Under the pieces are notes generated by a model. The model did no database searches and had not been told where the DNA came from. It was given only the letters and a program-made list of their open reading frames with translations. A stretch of DNA of 46,975 bases from positions 1 to 46,975 of the forward strand of contig NW_014569401.1 of assembly GCF_000743755.1 (NCBI RefSeq), written 5' to 3'. A program made the translations under genes and the position numbers. Below are positions 35,766-46,975 of the stretch, in pieces (within the stretch, counting starts at the first letter, position 1; every line of letters starts with the position of its first letter). This DNA comes from Blastocystis sp. subtype 4. Taxonomy: Eukaryota.

Positions 35766-37707
35766 ATGTGGAAAAGTGATTCTAAAGTTGGTAGAAGGAA
35801 TCTACTATGGATCTTCTTCGTTGTTCTTTTTATCACTCTTACAGCAAATGATGTTGTTATTGAGGAACGACAAAGTTCAGTAATAATATCAAAAGATGAA
35901 GAACTGATCCAGAAACCAATTGGACCACTTAACAAGTATGAGCTTCTGAATTCGTTTCCGTCGATGTATTCCACCGAAGCCAAGAAGAAAGAGGAGAATT
36001 TACTTCAAGTTTACGATAGTAACTTGTGATGAAAGGATTGGTTTGTGATATTTAGGATCAAATTATTTCCATTTCTGTCATTAGAGCAGGCTAAAAGCAT
36101 TTCTTCTTACAAGCCCATCGATGCCTCAACTTCGTTAATCGAAATCGAAGAAAGCACAATTACAATTCATCCTATCGATACTGAGCTGTTACTTGGTAGT
36201 AGAAAGTCTTGATTGTGAGTATAGAGGGAGTTTTCAATGATGTTAATCTGGGATGTAGCTCACTAAGCAACCAAAAGGAATATGTCATTTCCGAGAGTAT
36301 GTTGAATAGTGGTTCATTCGGTCATATCTGGATGGCTCAGCATGTTCGTGATCAGACACTATTTGTTCTTAAGCGAATTCGAATTGTGATCATGTCACTT
36401 TGAGTTGATATTATAGGAGAAGGGAATAGAGAGTATCTTTGCTGCACGACGAGAGATCTTTATGGGTTTATTATTCCGTGGAGTTGATGGAATTGCTCAG
36501 TAGTTGTTCATTCGTTTTATGACTGCTAGATATGAGGAATGCTTCATTCAGGATATTGGATTACTAATGAATGCATCTCCCTTTCTTCCAGATCGTGTTG
36601 TTTCCATTCCATGGTTAGTATTTCGATATGAAGGAGTATCCTTATCACAAATGATATATGTTTCTTCTGCTTCAGATCGAGCTCGTGATGATCATTCTAC
36701 TGTTGTTTCTAAGTCCCAAGAAAAGGGGTATTTAAGTCGATTTCGGCGGATCTGGGGCTGGAATCAAGAATCGAGTGATACAGTTCATGACAAAACGATT
36801 CCATCATCACAGTCATCTGAAGGCATGATCGTCCAGCCTTCTGTACGTACAGTGATACATTGATAATATAGCCATTCTGGAGACAGCTGCGTGAAGATGA
36901 TATTCTTTACAAAGTAATCATTTATCGGGTTCTGCAAGTTCTGGATCACATTCACCAAGCAGGTGTGATTCATCGTGACATTAAGCCAGAGAATATCCTC
37001 ATTTCCCATTTGCGCACAGTCGGCGGAGTGGTAGATTATCGTTCGCTCAGTGTAAAAATCGTTGTTGTTTTTGGTATGCTTGAGAATAGATCGATTTCGG
37101 TTCAGCTATTCTCCCTGAAGTTCCAGCTTTGTATCCTCTTCCTGCTTCTACTGATCAGTGCACAAAACTCTATGCTCCTCCAGAGGCCATGAATAATCGT
37201 TATTCGCAGGTCCTTAAGATTAGTATGGTTGATATATAGAGTTATGACCTCTGGTCTGTGGGTGTGATGATGCTAGAAATGATCTTTGGTCACAAGCAGT
37301 TCTTTGATTGTGAGCCTCGTCTGTATGCAAAGCTTCATTTCCATCATGTGAGGAATATGGCGGATTTCTGATTTGCAGGGTGATTTAGCAGAGAGAAAGT
37401 GTTATTCGATGACTCTTCGATCGTATTGTGTGAGTGCAGTTGAAGGAAAAGCAATGGAAGATTGTGTTGAGAATGTGATGCAAGTGAGTATGATGGAAGA
37501 GAATGAGGATCAGAAAACTATTCGGCAACGTGATATAAATTATGATAAGAAGGGTGAACCCAATATATTGAAGCTTGATCTAATCCGTCATATGTTGGTA
37601 CTAGATCCAACGAAACGGATTACTGTCGCAAAGGCGTTACAACATGTAAATGTAAGCAGAGAATAATAGTGTAGCCCTACTTTAAGAACATCACTAATAT
37701 CTTGTAA
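35766..37707 (+). CDS. Ser/Thr protein kinase with N-terminal hydrophobic anchor, resembling the plant At3g63330-type kinase domain
   Basis: GSFGHIW, FVLKRI, WLVFRYEGVSL, HRDIKPEN, DFGSA, YAPPEA, DLWSVG, KALQHPYF. Confidence 0.85.
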
Positions 37708-37751
37708 CCTATTCTACTCTGTTACTTAATAAACACTATCATTTTGTAATT

Positions 37752-40700
37752 TCATTCTTTCCGTTTTCTGCGTTTGGCTTCGGTGATATGTTGATTTTGA
37801 TATTGGATAGTATCAGTATCTTTGATTCCCTCTGTTCGTGTGACAGTACTTACTCCATCAATGAATTTGGTCCGAAAGATGACATTTGCATTATTAAACA
37901 TTCCTTCTTTCAGACTTACTACAATGAACTGGCTCTGACTAAAATGTTGTCGGAGCATTCGTCCAATGTTTTGAGTATGGCTCAGATCTAGAGCAGCATC
38001 AATTTCATCAAGAATATACATAGGAGCAGGTTTGAATAGAAGGAGAGAAAGAACAAGAGAGAGGGCAAGAAGACTTCGTTGACCTCCACTTAACTCTGAT
38101 AACGATTCTTTCTCTTTGCCTCCAAAGGCTACACGTACTTCCAATCCATCTAGCACACTTCCTCCAGGAGGAGGTTCTAATCGAGCTGAGGCTCCTGGAA
38201 GAAGAGTTGAGAAGATCGAACCAAAGTCTCGGTTCACTTTCTCATAAGTACTAACCAATGTTTCTCGTTTCTTCACATCCAGTTCCTCGATCACCTTTTC
38301 GATCTGAGATCGATCATTTTCGATGATTCGTCGCTTCTTCAACAGTTCCTGATACTCTCCTTCCGCCTTCTCCATCATTCCTAATACTTTCTTGTTCAAT
38401 CGACGTCCCAGTTGTTCTTGTTCTTCCTCCAGAGATTCCACTCGACTTGCTATTTGATTCATATCCAGATTTCCAAAGTCATAATCCGTTCCTGGCTTAC
38501 CAAACTCACCTTCTTCTGTTCCCAACCATGGATATGTATTCAACAGACTCTCAACTCGATTCTCTGCTTCTTTCCGATTCTTCTGAAGTTTTGCTTTACG
38601 AATACTCACCGTCTTCAATTTCGATTCTGTTTCTTCCATTGTATTCTTCACCTGATCTAATTGTTTCTCTAAGGAACGGATCTCTTCTGACTGACGACGA
38701 ACCTCTTCTTTCTTCTCATTAGCTGCTCGTTTCACTTCTTCATATGTTTCTTTCAATTCACGAACACCCATCTCTAACTTTTCAATCATTTGACTATGTT
38801 TCGAGATTGTTTCATTCTGATTCTCCACACTCTTACGAAGTCGGTTTACTTCACCACGCAATTCTTCCGCCTCTAATATCAATTCCTCCATTTCACCTTC
38901 TCCCTTCTCTAATGCCTTTGTCTTCTCTTTGTACAAACATCGACTCGACTCCACTTCTCCACTTAACACATCGATATCCCTTCCTGTACTCTGCATTGCC
39001 TTCTCTTTTGTCTCTAACTCACTCAGACGAATCGCACCTCGTTTCAGTGTCTCCTCTGCTTCTTCCAGACTTTGAGTTAGTTCTGTCATTTCTTTCCGTT
39101 TCCTCTTCACTTCTTCTTCTAGACGAGAAGCTTCTTCCACACCTCTAGAACTCTCCAACACCTCTAGATTGTGGAGTTCCAGTTCCAAACGACTTTGGGC
39201 AATACTGAACGCTCGGTGTTTCTCACTCAATTCGTTGAATTCGCTGCGGAGACGGTTCATTTCATTTTCGACTGTATCACGTTCCTTCTGGAGACGCTTC
39301 AATGATGCTAAGGAAGCTAATGCGTCAATCTCATGTTTCCGTGAACCACCCTCCAGAACTCCACTTGGCTCTACCACTTCACCTCCCACTGTCGCTGTTC
39401 GCACACGTATATTCGGACTGAAAGCCACCTTCTGAGCCACTTCCAGAGATTCACACACTAGTGTACTTCCAAACACAAACTCAATCGCTTCTTGGACATT
39501 CTCAGCGTATCCCACAAGTGTCAGAGCCAGACACAATGAACCAGAAGGATCCATACGTTGAGCTTCAATTACTTTCTGAGGAGGAAGAGTGTGGTGAGTG
39601 ATTCGAGTCAGTGGAACCATCGTTACGTGACGCTGTAACTTTTGTTTCAATAAGGCTTGACCCGTCTTCTCATTGTCCACAATAACATTGTATAGTTTGT
39701 TTCCAGCAACTGCTTCCACTGCTCGTGTATAATGAGGGTTTCGTACTTCAATCAGATGAGCTACCATTCCTTTCACTCGAGATCGATCAAATCCAGGTTC
39801 AGGATCTGGATATGAGAATTGGAGATTCGGATCCAGACTCGTTTCTGCCTTCTCATACGCACGATTGACTTCATCAAAATGTTCTTCTGTCTTATGCAGT
39901 TCACTCTGAACTCGATCATAACCAACAGAATCAAATCGAATCTCATTCATCGCACTTCGTGCTGCTTGAACACGATTTTCACAAGCATTCCGTTCAGTAC
40001 TACATCGTTCCATTTCACATGAACTCTTTGCTAACAACTCTTCCAAACGACGACACTCACTCTCAGTTGCATTCAACCGTTGTCGAAGTTGTTTCACTCG
40101 ACTTGCTAATTCAACTTGTTCTCGACGTTGCTATTCATCATTCCTCTTATTCATCCTCACAGCACTCACTAATTCACCGAAACTAGTCACACCTTCACTT
40201 CTATCACCTCGTTTTGTACGTTCCAATTGTCGTTCTAGTTCCTCTAAACGAACACGCTCCTCTTCTGCATCCTTCTTCAGGCCATCCACTTCACATCGCT
40301 TCTGCTATACATCACTCATGTATCTCACAACAACGCGAATCCGAAGTTCCAATTCTTCCAGAGAATGCTCAGTCACTCGAATACGATCTTCAGTTCGACG
40401 AACTTCCTGTTTCTCGCGATCCAAAGACTGAATCTCATTCACATAGTTACTATTCTCTTTCACAAGTTCTTTCGATTGAGCCAATTCGCGTTTCTATCAT
40501 CACATCCATTTCACACACTCACATGAAGTTCTTCTAACTCACTCCCACTTGTACTCATTTTCGATTCTTGGAGTGAAACAATCTCTCTTTCAATAGAATC
40601 ACGCTCTTTCTATTCATCACAGTTCACATCAGTACACACATTTAATCGATCCAGATTATCATGAAGATTCAGCTCTTCAGCAATCAATCGATTCTCCATA

Positions 40701-41512
40701 TCTCCTTGACGAAGTGTTTCTCGAGCTTCATAATAAGCATAAGCCGTTTGTTGACGATGCAAACGCTCAATCTCTGTTGAATTCGATGCCCACTGCAAAT
40801 AGGCACTTCGTTGAGTTCGTAGTTTCTCTAAGGTTGGAGTGATGTCTATGTTCAATCCCAATCATACTTCTACCTTCGTTTAGAATCTTTGTAATCTCAG
40901 CCACTTTACTGTCTTTCTTCTCCATCGTCTTTTGAGCTTGGAGTTTCTTCATTTCATACAAACGGGTTCCACACGCTTCTTCAACCATTCCCAGAATCTC
41001 CATTGGTTTCATATTCAGTACTTTCGTTATATGACCTTGCATGATCAAGAAGTGAGGATTGTTCACATTCAATTGAACACTGTGAAATAGATTTTGAACT
41101 TGATTCACCTGAGCAGTATGACCTTGAATCAAATATTTGTTTCGACCACCTATTACTACTTGACGACTTATCGTGATACGATCATATTGTTCATATCCAA
41201 TTGGACTTTCTTCACTCTTCTCGTTGTTAAATACTAATGTCACTGTTGCTTTTGTGATTCCTGCTTGACCCTGTTTGTACACCAATTCTTGAAGATTCTT
41301 CACACGAACCTATATCATCATTATTCCACAAATACAGAATTCACTTGACTCAAATTCGTTATACCCAGAACAAAACAAATCGCATCTAGGATATTCGACT
41401 TTCCACTTCCATTCAATCCTGTTATTGCATTGAATTTGCTGTCAAAACCGGAGATTACAGTTCGGTTGGCATAACTCTTGAATCCGTCGAGAATGATTTC
41501 TTCCAAATACAT
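37752..41512 (-). CDS. SMC2: Condensin subunit SMC2
   Basis: [63 protein letters not shown]. Confidence 0.96.
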
Positions 41513-41759
41513 TAACTACATTCATGAGTCATTCTATATCCATCTACTTTAATGAATTGGAAGATAACTTCTTGGAATTCAAAATCGATTTCCTCCAATT
41601 CGATTCAAACCGGGAAAATGGTCCTTTCAAATAGATTTCTTCTATGACATTTCCTACTCTGAATTCTGATTTCAAATGCCTGTGTTCATCATTGGGAGTC
41701 GAATATGAATGATTGTGTGAATTTGTTCATTTCTGCTTTCTCTTCTGTAGCTGTTATAA

Positions 41760-41860
41760 CTCTTTCCCGTTTCTACTAATTTCTTTCAACACCTTCCCAT
41801 TTCTATCAATCTCTTTCAATACTTTTTCATTCCTATTTCTATTCTATCATTTCATTTCTA
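41760..41860. repeat. Degenerate ~30-nt pyrimidine-rich tandem repeat in the SMC2/RPS15 divergent spacer
   Basis: ctctttcccgtttctactaatttctttcaa / caccttcccatttctatcaatctctttcaa / tactttttcattcct... Confidence 0.55.
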
Positions 41861-42012
41861 TTCATCGAGAAATTGAGAACAAAAGAATCGAATTTGCCCC
41901 AATTCATTTGATTTATACATACAATAAATAGAGAGTTGAATGAATCAAGGGGTTCGATAGTTTCGCTCACCATTTCGTTCTTACTCCAGATATCTCTTAC
42001 CACAAAGCCAAA

Positions 42013-42628
42013 ATGTCTGAAGCTGTAGGTAATCGTTCTTGGATGAATTGGGTTATTGAGGAAATCGAAAAGATGGTTTGGTTGGGAAAAGCAGTGTATA
42101 ACATTGTTGTTAGGATGCTACTGTTACTCTGAATGCTGAGCAGAAGAAGAAGAGAACTTTCAAGAAGTTTACTTATCGTGGAGTTGATTTGGACAAGTTG
42201 CTTGATTTGTCTCCTAAGGATCTGATGGAGTTGGTTGGAGTAAGAAATATTGTGTGATAATTGATTGTAAAGGCTGGAGCTCGTCGTCGTTTCCGTCGTG
42301 GTTTGAAGAGAAAGCCTATGGCTCTTTTGAAGCGTCTTCAGAAGTCTGTATAAACTGATGATTATAAATTGATAAATAGAAGGCTGCTGCTTCTGAGAAT
42401 GAGCGTCCTGAACCTGTGAAGACTCATCTTCGTAATATGATCATTGTTCCTGAAATGATTGGATGTATTGTTGGTGTTTACAATGGTCGCAATTTCAACA
42501 ACGTTGAAATCAAGGCTGAGATGGTTGGTCACTATTTGGGTGAATTCTCTCTCTCCTACAGTCCTGTGAAGCATAACCGCCCTGGTATCGGTGCTACTCA
42601 CTCTTCGAAGTTCATTCCTCTGAAGTAA
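42013..42628 (+). CDS. RPS15: 40S ribosomal protein S15 (uS19)
   Basis: [50 protein letters not shown]. Confidence 0.96.
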
Positions 42629-42687
42629 GATGGGTTAATATCAGACTGTTGGTAAATGGTATTTGAACTGTTTGCAACAAACAAAGG

Positions 42688-43293
42688 ATGAAAGGGATGG
42701 AAGAGAGATTGTAGCTTCTCCTGAACAGAGAAGTTTCTTTGAAGGTGATACAATAGTTGTTGAGAGGACTGCTATACGACGCGAATGGAATAAACGGGTT
42801 ATAGTAATAATAGCTACAGTTACAAGCTTTCTTATTCCGTACCTTCAACTTGAGTATCAGCAGGAACTGGAGAATGAAACTGAAGAGTCTGTTTTAGATA
42901 GATGGTTCCAGGTAACTGGAAATGAATAGCAACTACTCTCATACATGTGTTCCAATCATGGCTGAAAACATACTTCCGTAGAGCATTCCATGGGCAATCG
43001 ATTGACCGTTTGATGTACTGCTATGAATGGGATTATGATCACAAGTCACATCAGCAAACTGGTCAATCTTGAGATCAGTCATGTGTCACAATGCAACAAG
43101 TTTCTGAGATATTGTACGTTTCCAATGAAGATCATCCCCCACTTTCAAATGAAATGTCATTTCTGGAGTATACTAATGATAATATACTCATTCTATTCAT
43201 TACTCGTTGAATCGAACCAGTACAGTGGATTGTAGATTCATACCGTCTGAATTGACTAATCAAGACCCTTTGCATTCTTGAAAATCGATACAT
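42688..43293 (-). CDS. MaoC/HTD2-like hot-dog (R)-hydratase/dehydratase with predicted mitochondrial presequence; not in ORF track; stop predicted from poly(A)
   Basis: Hand-spliced (4 introns): MYRFSRMQRVLISQFRRYES..IDQFADVTCDHNPIH..IAHGML..LPGTIYLKQTLQFHSPV..SGEATISLPSLS. Confidence 0.85.
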
Positions 43294-43474
43294 TGGTTTC
43301 TAAGTCATTATTTCCGATGATTTAGGAAAAGTACAATCACTTGATCTATTGGAGTTGCTGCTGTTCGAATAACCAGATATACCACAAAATATGTTAATGT
43401 ACACTAGAAGAGTGTTATGGAGGCTCGAAGTTTTGTTTTCTTTCTCCATAGATAACTATTTCCTGCCACTTACA

Positions 43475-44556
43475 ATGCCTGGAATGAATCAGATTGTGAG
43501 GATTGTTGTTATGATTGTGTCAATGATCCTTTCACGCTTCGTTGATACTACAAATCCTGATACCTTACTGAAAGTACGTATTGGGTATGTTGTCAGTGTT
43601 GTTATTAATGCAGCTGTGTTCTACTACATTCGAACGATTGTTCGGAGAACACATGATGATGCTAAGATCTATATCGTGAATAGTATGCTTGGACAGGAAG
43701 TAGTGGAGGAAACAACATATTTCGAGAAGGAAGAAACTATGTGTACACAGGCAATCACGGGAGCATTTTCGGGTGTTTTCATGTCTTTGGGGTTGATGTC
43801 ATTTAAAATGGGAATGCACTATGGACTGATTATGAATATATTCCAGCTCCCATTCAACCTCTACACAAATCCACTTTTCCAGAAGCATATCCTAGGTAAA
43901 TCACTTGACCATCCTTGGAAGGAACAAACTGAAGTGTAAGAAAGGAGAGTTATATTCATTGTAGACCATTAAGCAAGATGACTCGTGATCAGTCTGAAAC
44001 AGTATTAAAAGACGAGATTGTAAAGTGTTGGGATGATGGTGAAGTTGCTAACTATGATCGATTGGTTTTACTTTGTGAGAAGACGAATGTAAACATTGCA
44101 TCGGAGGTAATTTCTGGATATTACCATAAACTGTAGCATGGTTGGACTCCTTTGATGGTAGTAATGGGGAATCCTCTTGGAGATGTCAAAGTTGTAAATA
44201 AACTCCTCAAATTGGGAGCTGATCCTATGATGAAGGATGAGGATGGATGGAATTGTCTCCATTGGGCTGCTTATCACAGTAATGTGGGTGCAGTAGAAGT
44301 GATGATGGAAAATGGTGCTTCCAGTGCTGTAATGAATCTATTGATTGAAAAGAACAAGGACAATCTGACTCCTTTAGAATTAGCTGAAAAGGAGGGACAA
44401 AGTGGTTTCGTTGCTTGGTTACGTACTGCTGTATTGTAGGAGTGAAAGGAAAGTGTAACTAAAAGAGATGAACTGGAAGTGATGAAGGACTTAGGAAACA
44501 GTATTGACCAGGGTACTGAGAAGCAACTTATTCCTTTGCTTGAAGATAAGCAATGA
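43475..44556 (+). CDS. SND3/Pho88-family ER protein fused to ankyrin repeats
   Basis: MNQIVRIVVMIVSMILSRFVD..P..VRIGY..ETT..PLFQKHILG..PW (Pho88). A 29-nt intron leads in frame to GWTPLM..LLKLGAD..DEDGWNCLHWAA..TPLELA. Confidence 0.75.
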
Positions 44557-44603
44557 ATGGGGTTTTAGTATGATTGTAGTGTTTGTTTGATCCTCGTACT
44601 TCA

Positions 44604-46603
44604 ATGTCAGATTCTGTGACAGCACAAGAGGATTTTTCTGTTAGTTCGTCCTACATCGCCCTCTCTGACTTCATTGTTGACTTTAAGCCAGAGGTGAGCG
44701 ATTTCTTTTCCTCCAGATTAGGAAAGGATGAATTCAAGCAGGTATGTTCTTTGGCATGTCAGGCACCTCCGTAGTTATTGTTTTCGTGAATTAACCTCCT
44801 AGTTATACTAGTATTCGTATAGACCTTCTTAAAGTGACAAGAAAGGAGGCTGTAGTTCATTCATATTGAATTCTATATAGTTGTACATGGTCAGCAATCT
44901 CATTGAACCCTTCAATCGCTTACTTGTGGAAGAGAATCGTGAACCTGTTCAGCCATATTTGCATGAATTCATTCAAGAGCTTATCATTATTCCTTCTGCC
45001 AAGTCGGTATGTCCGGATATCGAGCATTTACGTCATTTACCTCTTGTCCAATATATGAGGATAGTTCATGTATAGGTAGTTATTGATCGATTGTGTGCTG
45101 AGAGTGTTCTGCGTGGAAGTGACATTTATGTAAAGGGAATACGGTCTATGTCGAAGTCGTGTGTCAAAGGAACCCGAGTCTGTTTGGCTGTGGATCTTCA
45201 TAATGGTGAACTTCCTCGTGGTTCAGATCTTTCCCATTTTACTGGACACAATTTGTAAATCACATAATATCGCCTCATTTCTAGGATTATTGGTGAAGGT
45301 GTTCTTCAACTCTCCAGAGCGGAGGTTTTTTCAATGGACTCGGGTCTGTGTATTGATCACATTCATCGTCTCTCCTGTTAGTGATTTTTGTTTCAGTCAT
45401 CTACAGTTGATCTTCCTCCACTTCAACAGCTCCCTGACGCGCTCCTCATGCAGAACTTCCCTTCGCTCATTACCAGTCGTATTGTATCTCCTCTACCTGA
45501 AGAGACGATTCTGGATTGTTGTGCTGCCCCTGGGAACAAATGGTCCCACTTAGCAATGATAATGGAGGATAAAGGTCTTGTGGTAGGTCGTACTGAAGGA
45601 GATACAAATAGATGGGAATGGACCGTAGTCTAAAGAAAGCAGTAGATAATCTGTTGGTGATTAAGCAGAAGTTTGGCTACCAATCCCTTCAGATCCGATA
45701 TCAAGATATGACTAAAGTATGCTTAATAAATGGAATCTGAACTAGGGAGTATTATCGGAAGAAGAAGAAAAACGATTGGTGGATCAAGATTCTTCATACA
45801 CCTTGATGGTATGAAAAGAATGGAGATTTGATCAATAGCGCCCCGAAATTATGATATCTCCTTTACAAAGTAAGAGTTTCCAGAAAAAGCTGGTACGTAT
45901 CCAGAAACAGAAGGAAAGAAAGCAGCGTGATAAACAGCTGAAGCGAGGTGCTGATGCGATTTCTCCAGATGTGATACCATCAGTAGAGGAACAGGTAGAT
46001 CATATCCTAGATCGATATCAGCAATTGCACAAATCAAAACAACAAAATCTGAAAAATCAGAAAGAACTTCTATTGCTGGAGTCTAATCTTCCTTCCACGG
46101 TTCCCAGACTGTTGCGTAATCTGCTTCTTGCTGGAGTTAATGCTAATACGGCTCGAATTCCTGGATATCCACGGGAGCAGTTCGATCGAATCTTGTTGGA
46201 TCCTCCATGTTCAGCTCTGGGGTTACGTCCACGTCTCTCCCATGAAGTGACATTGGAGGAGCTCTATGGATATCGGAATTATCAGAGGCAATTCATCAGC
46301 GTTGCCATTTCTCTGCTTCGTGTTGGTGGATTTCTCGTATATAGTACTTGCACATTCGATCCTTTGGAGAATGAGGAGAACGTTAAGTTTATCCTCAGTA
46401 ATTTCCCCATGGAATTAGTACCTATTGATGACGAATATCGATTTGGAAAGAAAGGATTAAGTGGATGTGGTCTAACTGAGGAACAGTGTCAGTAGGAATG
46501 AAATCTTGGTATTGAGATTAGAATGGTACAGCGATATAACATGACTGAGGAGTGTAACTCGATTGGTTTCTTTATTAGCAAGTTTAGGAAAGTAGATCAT
46601 TAA
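44604..46603 (+). CDS. NSUN6: NSUN6-like RNA m5C methyltransferase (PUA plus RsmB domains)
   Basis: CAESVLRGSDIYVKGI, QNFPS, ILDCCAAPGNKWSH, FDRILLDPPCSALGLRP, LVYSTCT..ENE, IGFFISKFRK. Confidence 0.9.
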
Positions 46604-46605
46604 TA

Positions 46606-46613
46606 TGTTTGTT
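46606..46613 (+). terminator. Poly(A)-directing TGTTTGTT element of NSUN6
   Basis: Exact motif 4 nt after the T of TAA (46601). Confidence 0.8.
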
Positions 46614-46863
46614 TCTTATTGGAACTTGGAGATATAATTGGATTCCATTGATGGTTATGGAGCACATAATAACACAACTTTGATCTGGAATATCTTTTCT
46701 CTTTCCACCTGGTTCCATTCCATAGGCATAGCAAGTGGATGTTCTAATATCAATTCCGATAAAGGAATTCATCGATTAACTGAGTTCCTCTTAGTATTGT
46801 TTCATACTTGGAACCACATTTCTCAATTCTGTTTCAAACAAACAGTGGAGTTATGGACTTTGC

Positions 46864-46975
46864 TTACTTGGCACGGACAGTACTGTTAATGATACCGACA
46901 GCAACAGTCTGTCTCATATCACGAACAGCGAAACGACCAAGAGGAGGATACTGTGAGAATGTCTCAACACAGAGA
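46864..46975 (-). CDS. EEF1A: Elongation factor 1-alpha, 3' end (gene enters from the right edge)
   Basis: [44 protein letters not shown] at 46844-46837. Confidence 0.93.
   Translation of the reverse strand, partial: LCVETFSQYPPLGRFAVRDMRQTVAVGIINSTVRAK

Noticed and set aside
36637..36646. GTATCCTTA as a U12 donor in the kinase
   Set aside because: Encodes the conserved YEGVSLS; the frame is continuous and no branch motif follows.
1..46975. Pseudogenes, programmed frameshifts or an alternative genetic code as the cause of fragmented ORFs
   Set aside because: Every break examined is explained by a ~30-nt GT-AG or ~40-nt AT-AN intron under the standard code.

Overview
Very gene-dense, AT-rich eukaryotic nuclear DNA with about 27 protein genes split by ~28-33 nt GT-AG introns and near-zero intergenic space. 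A TGTTTGTT-type element follows most genes. Together these point to the gut stramenopile Blastocystis (inferred from genome architecture, not a database hit). Gene models were spliced by hand, so several genes are absent or fragmented in the ORF track (MPP6, MaoC/HTD2-like dehydratase, EF-1alpha 3' end). Highlights: (1) three 40-41 nt minor-spliceosome-type introns with an ATATCCTT donor, a variant CCTTCAY branch site 6-7 nt from the 3' end, and three different acceptors (AC, AG, AA), two of them in CDIN1; (2) five genes whose stop codon is predicted to be made by polyadenylation (a codon-initial T exactly 4 nt before TGTTTGTT); (3) back-to-back poly(A) elements at convergent gene pairs and 15-23 nt element-to-ATG spacing in tandem pairs; (4) a G-U-containing 3'UTR hairpin on thiM; (5) unusual proteins: SND3/Pho88-ankyrin fusion, miniature BRCA1-like, atypical homeodomain, UBL-ARM protein. 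No tRNA, rRNA, mobile element or CRISPR array was seen.
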